A stretch of DNA of 30,785 nucleotides. It comes from Peribolospora baueri. Lineage: Eukaryota. A model generated the notes under the pieces. The model worked only from the letters and a program-made list of their open reading frames with translations. It did not search any database and was not told the origin of the DNA. Both the position numbers and the translations under genes were made by a program. The number at the start of each line of letters is the position of its first letter. Positions within the stretch are counted from its first letter, which is position 1. Location: positions 124,001 to 154,785 of the forward strand of contig JAMDHS010000054.1 of NCBI GenBank assembly GCA_029717555.1, given 5' to 3'. Of this stretch, positions 21,674 to 30,785 are shown one piece after another.

Positions 21674-24174
21674 ATGGGTAATACGTGCTCATCATGCTGT
21701 GGCTGTGAGTGGCCGTCCGCTGTGTGATCCCGCCCCGCTAGGCAGTCCCCGTCTCCGCTTGGCGGAGGCTGGCCAATGCCGCCGTGCGTTCTGACCTAGG
21801 TCCCACCTGTCATTCTCTACAGTCGGTAGGTCGCGTAGCGCGGACTACCAGCCCCTGTTGCTTGAGAACGAGCGAGATGCCGTGGCGGACCTGCTGCAAT
21901 ACTTGGAGAGTGAGTCTGTTGTCTCTGTGGCGGTCACTGTCGCATGACACGCCCGGACCATCCAATTAATTTCTTGCCTGTCCTCATCTTTTTATGTATA
22001 TTTGCCTCCATCTGCCGCTACAGACCGCTCCGAGACCAATTTCTTCACCGGTGACCCCTTACGGGCTCTCTCCACGCTTTCATTCAGCGACAACGTCGAC
22101 CTCCAGCGGTCCGCCGCGCTTGCCTTTGCTGAAATTACAGAGAAAGAGGTTCGAGAGGTTGGTCGGGACACGCTGGAGCCCATCATGTTCCTTCTTCAGA
22201 GCCATGACGTTGAGGTTCAGAGGGCTGCCAGTGCGGCCTTGGGCAACCTGGCTGTCAATTGTGAGTACGCTGTTTAAGAGCAGCCGGGATCTGTGGACGC
22301 TGATCATTCATCTTCTCTGAACTCGATCCTGCATCACCTACCAGCCGAGAACAAACTTCTTATTGTCAAGCTAGGCGGTCTGGAGCCGTTGATCCGTCAG
22401 ATGCTTAGCCCCAATGTCGAGGTGCAGTGCAACGCTGTAGGCTGCATCACCAATCTGGCCACACATGGTGAGCAGGGTCTAAGGGCCAATCCTTCCCGCA
22501 TGTCAGGCTTCTATTTATCTGTTCTCTTTGGCATCACAGACGAGAACAAGACGAAAATTGCAAAGTCCGGAGCGCTTGTGCCCCTGACGCGTCTCGCGCG
22601 GAGCAAGGATATGCGAGTGCAGCGAAATGCCACTGGCGCGCTACTGAACATGACTCATTCCGGTGAGCAGGAGCGTGACCACGGAATGTCATGGTTCTGT
22701 GACCAGGCTCTGTTGACGTTTTTACCCCAACGTTCCGATGCAGATGAGAATCGCCAGCAACTCGTGAACGCGGGAGCGATCCCAGTGCTCGTCGGTCTCC
22801 TGTCGTCGGCAGACACGGACGTTCAGTATTATTGCACTACCGCTCTGAGCAACATTGCCGTCGATGCTGCGAACCGTAAAAAGTTGGCGCACACCGAACC
22901 CAGACTAGTTCAGAGCCTCATTGGACTCATGGATAGCCCTAGCCTCAAAGTCCAGTGTCAGGCTGCCCTCGCGCTGAGGAACCTAGCCAGCGACGGTGAG
23001 TGCACGTACCCCCACTGTTCGTCGTTACCGGTTTATGCTCACTGAGATGTGCACCGGCGCTGGGATACATTTGATCTTCGCAGAGAAGTATCAGATCGAG
23101 ATTGTTCGAATGAACGGTCTGCCGCCTCTTCTTCGTCTCCTCCGTTCGTCTTTCCTTCCTCTCATTCTGTCTGCCGCGGCCTGCGTGCGCAACGTGTCCA
23201 TCCACCCCGCCAACGAGTCGCCCATTATCGACGCCGGTTTCCTTCATCCGCTCATCGATCTGCTTTCCCACGAGGACAACGAGGAGATCCAATGCCACGC
23301 CATTTCCACTCTTCGGAACTTGGCAGCCAGCAGCGAGAGGAACAAGGGTGCCATCGTCGAGGCTGGGGCGGTGGAGAGGATAAAGGAGCTCGTTCTTCAC
23401 GTTCCCATCAGCGTGCAGAGTGAAATGACCGCTTGCGCCGCAGTGCTGGCTCTCAGCGGTATGTGTCATCTCGGCTCTTACGAGAGATCTTCCAGCGTGA
23501 ATGACCTTACCTTTCATTCTTACCCAACAATCGTCGTCTGTAGAAGACCTCAAGCCTCAACTCCTGGAAATGGGTATTTGCGAGGTGCTTATTCCGCTCA
23601 CTGCCTCGCCTAGCGTGGAAGTGCAAGGGAACAGTGCCGCCGCTCTCGGCAACCTGTCGTCCAAAGGTGAGCATGATCGGTCTCCAACGGCTTTAAAAAG
23701 TAAGATGCTCATTCGCCCCACTTCTTTGATGTGTAGCCGACGACTATGGTCCGTTCAACGCTGTCTGGTACGAGCCTGAAGGCGGCCTCCATGGCTACCT
23801 GATTCGCTTCTTGGAGAGCCACGACTCCACGTTCCAGCACATCGCAGTCTGGACGATTGCGCAACTCCTCGAGAGCGGAGGTGAGGGACGAGCTTCAAGC
23901 TTCTAGTAAAATGCCGTGCTTGCCGTTCTGATGTCTTCATGTCTTTGACGGCGTCGGTACCCCAGACGCGCAATTGGAGCAGAACATCCGGTCCTCCCAC
24001 ACCCTCCTCCCTCTAATCCGCCGTCTCGCCAGCACGCCGGCTCATTCTGACGTCTCTCACGACGGCGCCGAACCGAGCAGCGACGAGGAAGGTCAAGGCG
24101 GAGCTGAAGGGGAAATTGCCATGCTCGCCCAGAAGATCGTGGCAACTTTGGAGGAGGAAGGTAAAGAGGAATGA
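21674..24174 (+). CDS. VAC8: Vacuolar protein 8, armadillo-repeat protein (~567 aa)
   Basis: Ten exons 21674-21704, 21823-21909, 22024-22260, 22345-22467, 22540-22662, 22744-22995, 23084-23458, 23544-23666, 23737-23880 and 23966-24174 total 1704 nt. N-terminus MGNTCSSCC (Gly2 plus Cys cluster), [34 protein letters not shown] repeats [18 protein letters not shown] and [34 protein letters not shown]. Confidence 0.97.
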
Positions 24175-24394
24175 GGGAGGAAGCCGGCGCGTCGCTGCGA
24201 TGGCGTGGTTCTTACGGTGGTGGCTCCCAACTAGCCTTGCTCTTTTCTTTCTTCATTGGCATTTCTCTCTTTGCTCTGAACTTTTGACTCGTCCACTCCA
24301 CTCCGGTCATCCTCGACATGCTCCGTCCATACCTTGTTTATCGTCTAGGCAGTTGTGCCGTAGACTGTCTCACGTATGCCTCTCCCATCTCTTG

Positions 24395-24530
24395 TCCCGT
24401 CCTCTCTTAATTGCCTCCCTTCTGTCACCTCGTTCCTTTCCCCTCCCTCGTCCCTTCTCTCTCTCCTCGTTCCTTCTCCCTCTCGTTCCTTCTCCCTCTC
24501 CTCGTTCCTTCTTTCTTCCCTTCCTGTTCG
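24395..24530. repeat. Pyrimidine-rich low-complexity tract (imperfect CTCGTTCCTT-like repeats), probably VAC8 3' UTR
   Basis: ctcgttcctt or ctcgtccctt occurs about 5 times between 24429 and 24511. Confidence 0.6.
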
Positions 24531-24847
24531 TCTGTGTACATCTATCATAACGATCGTCAACGAAGCGAGCCTTCTCCTATGGAGAGATGGGTTTGGGCTT
24601 CCACCTAAACCTCCAGTCTCCATCTGCGCGGCGCAGACACGGTGATGACAAAGAATGTGAGCCCTTCCGTTGGAGACTGCCAAGCATCCCGATCCAGCAT
24701 GCGAGTCAGTTCGAATCTAATCTACACGACGGCGCGTTTGTACGCGCGTAGCGCTGCGGAAGAGATCACCGGCACTGGAGAGGGAAGACTTGGTTCTGTC
24801 CATCGCCCCCATCGCCCTTCATCAGCGGCCCGACATCGAACGGCGTC

Positions 24848-27586
24848 ATGCCTCGTCCACCTCGCCCAGAGCCTGTTAACACTCTCTGGATCGGCTGGTT
24901 AGCGGAATGGCGGGAAGAGGCCAGCGCAGCGGGGAATCAGAACCTCGCACGTGTGTACAAAAAGGCCCAGGAAAGCCTTGCTGCTTGTCCGATCAAGTGA
25001 GTGGGTCGTGCATAATGTCCGGCTTACCTTCAATAGTCTTTTTCCTTCCTGGCTTGTGTCCGGGTTGGGTATGGCATTCTCACTGAGTCCCTGTTCCGTT
25101 TGTATTTTCAGGTTCTCCCATCCTTGCGAGACGGAGCAGTTGAAAGGCATCGGTCCAAAGATCATCGATCGCCTCGAGACGAGGCTCAGGAGACATTGTG
25201 AACAGGAAGCACTGGACTATCCGGAGAGACGTGAGTCGTTTAGTGAAGCTATCATCGAACCCTCACTCTGAAAAGGTTCTGAAGTTTTGTCCGTCTTCTC
25301 AGCTCAACCGGTGGCGAGGCCTAGGAAAAAGGCGATGTCGGCGGGAGAAGTGGGAGGTGGAAGGGCAAGCGCGGACAAGGGGAAGGGGAAAGCCATGTCG
25401 ACTTCGGACTCGGCACCTTCGAGCGCGATGGCCACATCTGCAGGCGGTTTTAACTTGGACGGAGAGCGTCATGACGGTATTTCCACGGCGCCTCCGGCGA
25501 AGAAACCCAAAAGGGCAGCCGCACCTAAAGCCTACGTGCCTAAACGGCGATCTGGCGGGTACGCCATCCTTATCGCCTTGTATCTCGCGACGACGCCGAC
25601 CAATAAGGAAGTGTTCCTTCTGAAAAATGACATCGTGACGGCCGGCCAGCCCTTCTCCGACTCGTCTTTCACTTCGAGCGACCCGGCCAACTACTACACT
25701 GCCTGGTCGTCGATGAAGCTGCTAATTGCCAAAGACTATGTCTACCAGACCGGTAACCCACCTCGGTTCTGTCTAACCGACGAAGGCTATGCGGTGGCCG
25801 CTACGGTTGCCAAGTACGAAGGTGTTGTACCGACGTCCAGCCGGGTGGTGGAAAACGCCAACCCCTCACCGCCGCCACGAGCGTGCGGGTCGTCAACAAG
25901 CACTATGGCCACGAGCACACGACGGCGCGATTGCTCTCCCCTCGGAGACGTAAGCTCGGAGAAGAACGAAGTGATTGTGTTGGAGGATGACGACGACATG
26001 GGTAGCAGGGACGCAACACTTTCTCACACCATGAAGGCGACGATTACCCACGTTTACAGCAAGTCGACCTTACACAATAGGAGATCCTCGGAGAGCAGCG
26101 AGTCATCAGAGGGCATTACAGACTTGACTCGACCATCTTCTTATACCATGAAGACGGCCCTCGTTTGCAGCAAGTCAACGTTACACTCCAGGGCTGCCTC
26201 GGATGGCAGCGAGTCGTCAGAGAGCATTACAGACTTGACTCGAACTCGTTCAGCTCCGTCCGCGCTCCCTTCGGGCCGACAGGAACCACTGCGTCACAGG
26301 ATACCACGCCTTTCTTCAGCAATGCCATCACCGTATCCAACAGGGAGCAGCATACTTGGCACGTCAAATTCATATACGCCATTGGCTCAGTCGAGGACCT
26401 CCTCTTCAACTACCAACGCCCTCGCTGCTCACGCTCCCACGACTCCGTCCTTTCCAGAAGTTGTTCCCTTCACTTTCCCTCCCGGATCATACGATGTCAT
26501 ACTCGTCCTCGACACCCGCGAAATACGTTCTCAGGCAGACCGGGACTACATGAGACAGGCTCTACTCGACAAAGGCGTCAACGTGCAGGTTCGTTCACTC
26601 GAACTCGGCGACGCACTCTGGATCGCTAAGCGACGCGGGGGCGGCGGTGGAGACCAAGATGAGGTTGTATTGGACTACATTTGCGAGAGGAAACGGTTAG
26701 ATGACCTGTGCAGTAGCATCAGGGACGGCAGGTTCCATGAGCAGAAGGTGAGCGTGGACCCTGGGCAACGTGCGCCGCGGTTCTTGAACTCACAGAGGCC
26801 CGTCACATCCGCTATAGTTTCGTTTGTCCAACTCGGGTATCGGACAAGTGTTTTACCTGGTGGAAGATTACAACAAGGAAGCCAACGTTAGGCAGTTCGG
26901 TGCACAGATCCAGACTGCCCTGAGTTCGACGCAGATCGTGGACGGTTTCTTCGTGCATCGGACCAAAAATCTGGAAGACACGATCCGATGGCTCGTCAAC
27001 ATGACGACGGTTATCAAGCAGCTCTGCGAGGTGAGTCCAAGTTATTCTCGGAGACTTTTGCAACAGATACTAAGTGTGGCATCGGTCTTTCTAGCACTCG
27101 ACCTTGAGTGTCATCCCCGACCGGTATATCAGCCGTCCAACCTTCCTTGCACTTCGACGCCACTTGCGCAGTTTGCACCCTACCGTCTCCTATTTGACTA
27201 CATATGCGACATACCGAGCGCTAAACTCGAAGTCGGGGTCGACGACACCCAAGGACACATGGGCTCGCATGCTGCTCACCGTACGAGGAATGAGCGCTGA
27301 AAAGGCCTCCGCCGTCGTGAACCGATGGGAGACTCCTTCACAAATGTGGGAGGCCTTCAACTTGGCGGCTCAGAACGAGGAAGCAGCGATGAAGGATGCG
27401 GAGAGGGAAAGCGCGGCCGCGGCTGCAAATGGGGAAGGCGGCAAGAAGCGGGCGAAGAAAAAGCGAATTCCCTCCGCCAAGGCGCTCCTCGCGGACGAAG
27501 TCCAATGCGAGGGAAGGCGAAGCATTGGCCCTGCTCTTAGCGCAAAAGTGTTTCAGATTTTCATGGCAGAATCTTACTCGGCCTAG
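24848..27586 (+). CDS. MUS81: Crossover junction endonuclease Mus81 (~805 aa)
   Basis: Exons 24848-24996, 25112-25230, 25303-26747, 26818-27030 and 27095-27586 total 2418 nt. N-terminal HhH (YKKAQESLAACPIKFSHPCETEQLKGIGPKI), winged helix (YVPKRRSGGYAILIAL..YYTAWSSMKLLI..LTDEG), ERCC4 nuclease ([41 protein letters not shown]), C-terminal HhH (VRGMSAEKA, RSIGPALSAKV). Confidence 0.96.
26023..26243 (+). repeat. Imperfect tandem duplication (2 x ~110 bp) inside Mus81 exon 3
   Basis: SHTMKATITHVYSKSTLHNRRSSESSESSEGITDLTR versus SYTMKTALVCSKSTLHSRAASDGSESSESITDLTR. GCATTACAGACTTGACTCGA is identical at ~26113 and ~26224. Confidence 0.9.
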
Positions 27587-27842
27587 TGTGCCTGCCGCCT
27601 CGACGAGCGGTGTGTTCGTTGCTAGCTAAGACTTGATTCGTTTGTAGAAATCTACTCCGATGGAAACGACCTAGTTTGCCTCTTCAGCAAAGCCGTGGTC
27701 ATCTATGTCGTTCTACCTGGCAGCATCCTTGTCGCAAAGGTCGCTATCACGAGATACACCTACACGAAGACTCGGCAGGACTGCCCGCGCCAAGTCTGCG
27801 ACGCTGGGACATTCGAGAGGCGCACTCGGTCGACACTAAGAA

Positions 27843-28591
27843 TCAGTCGTCATAACCCGAGAGGGAGCTGTCGCGCGCACGCTGGGGGACTACGAAAGCC
27901 ACATTGAGTCGATGACAGGAGATCCAGTGTCAGAAAAGCGGGAATGATAACAGTGATAACGGCAATGGTGATTGAAACATTCACGCGACTGGCTCTCTGC
28001 GCTTTCTTCGCACGTCTCTCTTTTCACCACCACCAAAGTGACGTGGGCAAACGACGATACTCACGAGGGTAGGTGGTAGGAATGCGTTCCGCCGGCTTCC
28101 ACCCAAAGTGTTTGCGGATCGGAGGAACGGCGACGACGAGGACTGGGCCTGGTAGACCAGTGTGAAGCGTCACCAAAAGAAGTAGTGAGGAAGGGCCTGA
28201 GCCACACTGGATGGCGAGGCGAGCGACAGACAACTAATGCCTCCCGATGCCGCTCTAGGGTTGAGGTAAAGAACCGTCCGAGCGCAACGACCGGAAGGCG
28301 CTGTCGACCCAGCAGAGGAGAAAGCTAAGACGCACCGACCGATCCAATGAGGCAAGAGAAAAACACAACGGGTTGCTCGTGTGCTTGGCGTCGCTGCGAT
28401 AGCGGATCCAAGGAGAAAGACGACGGGAGCCAGGAGTGTAAGGTTCGCGCCGCCCGTCGCTGGTCCTGCCGCCAGGCCTTCATCCGACTCGCCCAGCCAA
28501 ACGCATCTCAAACCGAGTGCAGGTAGTTGCTCACCAAGTACTTATACGTGTTCCGGAAGGGAGAGAAGACGGAGGAGGCTATGGAAGCCAT
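27843..28591 (-). CDS. NADH:ubiquinone oxidoreductase 9.5 kDa accessory subunit (NI9M / NDUFA3-like), 81 aa
   Basis: Exons 28591-28535, 28393-28336, 28148-28065 and 27889-27843 (57+58+84+47 = 246 nt) give MASIASSVFSPFRNTYKYLRRQAHEQPVVFFSCLIGSVGPVLVVAVPPIRKHFGWKPAERIPTTYPLPQRARDSSLSGYDD*. The AHEqP..F.S..IG..GP.....PPIR...G......IP.TYP.P...R..GYDD pattern is characteristic of this fungal subunit. Confidence 0.92.
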
Positions 28592-28755
28592 CTTGGAAGG
28601 CCAGAGATCGCGGGATGAGGGATGAGGATGGTGAAAAGGCGAAGGGAAGCCGCGGGATGGAGCCGGGCTGGAGGTGATCGCAGCCGCAGCAAGTTGTTCG
28701 CCCAAGGTGTTCCGTTGTTGCTGCTTCTGTTCCGACTCTCATCCGCTGTCGTCCA
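28592..28755. promoter_or_regulatory. Putative compact bidirectional promoter between NI9M and mitochondrial GluRS
   Basis: The two start codons are divergent and only 164 bp apart. Promoter function is inferred from geometry only. Confidence 0.5.
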
Positions 28756-30774
28756 ATGTTGCTGTTGACCAGCAGAGGTGCTCGTCTCCTACCTCTTTCG
28801 TCTCGAGCTTCAATACTTGGCAGAGCTCGAGGCGTCTCTTCGTCAGCCGGAGCACATAAAGCTCGTCTACGATTTGCTCCTTCACCCACCGGTCACCTGC
28901 ATCTTGGAGGACTTCGGACGGCTCTGTTCAACCATTTGCTTGTCCGTCAGTGGGGTGGATCATGGGTCTTAAGGATTGAAGACACGGACAGGGTGAGGAG
29001 GCTACATCAAGAAAGTGAACGTCTGCTTGCAATACTGTGCACGCTCATGTTCACGGCCGTTTGGTCATTCGCAATTTACAGACCAGGCTCGTTCCAGGCG
29101 CTGTCCAAGCTCTGCAGGATACGTTAAAATGGGCTGGCCTGCTTTACGACGAAGGTAAGGTCATTTTGTCTGCTTTTCCGAGGCTTAGCGATCTGTCTCG
29201 TTGTTGGAAATGTTGCTCACCTACTCTGGGCTCCTTCGCAGGTCCCGACATCGGCGGTCCCTACGGTCCCTATGTTCAGGTGAGCAGCTGTTGTCTTCAC
29301 GAACGTCTTACTTGAACGAACAGTTAGTTTATCATACCAGTATTTCGTGACGTCCTCCAATCATTTGGATCAGTCGGAGCGCCTTGACCTCTATCGATCT
29401 TACTCTCAGAAATTGCTCGACGTGAGTTACGGTGTCTACCAATCAGCCACCGAGCGAAGCGTCTTTTCTCACTTTAGGACATGGTTTGCGACAGACTGGA
29501 AGTGCATATCGCTGCTTTTGTAGCCCTGATCGCTTGGCCAACGTGCGGGAAAGCCTTCATCGAAACGGCTCGCATGCAACGTACGACCGTCGCTGTCTTA
29601 GCCTTCCGGACGAGGAGGTTGCCCGTAATGTGAAAGCAGGAATGGACTACGTGGTGCGGCTGAAGGTCGGTATTACTGAGATGCACGTGTTGCCTTTCTC
29701 CGATAGGACCTGAATCATACTTAACATGTTAACATTCTCCGTCTCGAAGAGCCACAGCACGCCCTCGGTAGTGAATGACCTGGTATATGGAACGATGACG
29801 TTGGCCAACGAGACTGCCGAAGATGTTATTCTTCTCAAATCAGACGGATATCCTACGTACCACCTTGCGAGCGTGGTTGACGACTACGAGATGAGCATCA
29901 CACATGTCTTGAGAGGAGAGGTGAGCTGTATATCACCCATAAGTCAGGTTCCAAGGTTAACGGTACCCGTCTGACACTTGGGGCTGTCCTGCACTACAAC
30001 GGGCCACAGGAGTGGCTTCCGTCTTTACCGAAGCATCTCATGATCTACGACGCCCTCGGTCTCCCTCGGCCACAGTTCGCTCATCTCCCGATCCTGGTAA
30101 ATGCCGATGGTTCAAAGCTGAGCAAGCGATCGGGCGACGTACGGGTAGAGGAATACCGGGTGAGAGCATCTTCGGCCACTCTCGGAATGTCACCGCCGAG
30201 ATTTGTTTAGTAATGTCTTGTTTCTTTTTGTCTCAACTACCGTTACCGTAGGCAAACGGCTGGGACCCTGAGGCTCTTCTCAACTTTGTTGTTCTACTTG
30301 GTTGGAACCGCCATAGCACGCGGATATCCAGAGAAGCGTCAGGGCATTGTGGTGGCAGCCCAAGTGAAGTCCTCAGCTTGGAGGACATGGTCCGCGAAGT
30401 GAGTGATTCGCCTGTTTAGCTACAAGATACAGAGATCCGCAAATTCGGAGACGAAACAGCGATTCTTTGCTCTTCATATAGTTTTCTCTGGCAGACTTGT
30501 CCCGTAATCGCCCGACCATTTTTTCAGGCAAACTCGCATTTCTTGGCAAGCAGCATCTTCATAGGAAGTTAGAGACCCCAGCGGGTATGGGCGACGTCAT
30601 CCAGAGCGTGCAGGCAGCCGTGCGCGATGCATATGGAGACTGCATGTGAGTACGCACGGAGTGCATCAGGTTGTCTGCTGTGCTCGCTCACGTCTTCTGA
30701 CTCCATATGTGACTGGCAGTCCTCGAAGTCGCATTGACAGGGATTACCTTACCCAAGTGATAACCGGGATCAAG
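28756..30774 (+). CDS. MSE1: Mitochondrial glutamyl-tRNA synthetase (EARS2-like), 5' part; continues beyond the window
   Basis: Exons 28756-28992, 29082-29154, 29242-29279, 29374-29421, 29495-29665, 29750-29920, 30010-30159, 30252-30398, 30482-30645 and 30720-30774, then a GTAAGA donor. [23 protein letters not shown] (HIGH-type), [58 protein letters not shown] (KMSKS-type). Arg/Ser/Leu-rich N-terminus with no acidic residues fits a mitochondrial presequence. Confidence 0.95.
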
Positions 30775-30785
30775 GTAAGAGTAAA

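Noticed and set aside
27890..28335. Relatively long NI9M introns as possible snoRNA hosts
   Set aside because: No convincing box C (RTGATGA) and box D pair seen; the CTGA in intron 3 is explained by the branch point.
1..30785. Functional gene cluster or novel multi-gene system
   Set aside because: The intact genes are functionally unrelated housekeeping genes. No biosynthetic, mating-type (pheromone, receptor, homeodomain), tRNA or rRNA genes were recognised.

Overview
Gene-dense, GC-rich, intron-containing eukaryotic DNA. Short GT-AG introns with CTRAC-type branch points and the protein families suggest a basidiomycete fungus (inference). Manual splicing gives nine protein-coding genes: the 3' part of a TCERG1/CA150-like FF-domain protein (+), an uncharacterised ~687 aa charged low-complexity protein (-), Sin3 (-), an F-box/LRR-like protein (-), an HbrB/Bit61-like TORC2-associated protein (-), Vac8 (+), Mus81 (+), the complex I 9.5 kDa subunit NI9M/NDUFA3-like (-, not recovered as an ORF by the track) and the 5' part of mitochondrial glutamyl-tRNA synthetase (+). 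One ~3.5 kb accessory patch (~6630-10040) is a mosaic of a 42-bp minisatellite, a doubly truncated intron-retaining sugar-transporter pseudogene and a scrambled Ty3/Gypsy relic (integrase core, then Gag, then integrase C-terminus). I see no clear-cut new biological system. The best leads are this mosaic, the all-phase-1 ARM-repeat-sized exons of VAC8, and a duplicated SIM-like array in the Mus81 linker. All exon models are read by eye and are unverified by transcripts or database searches.
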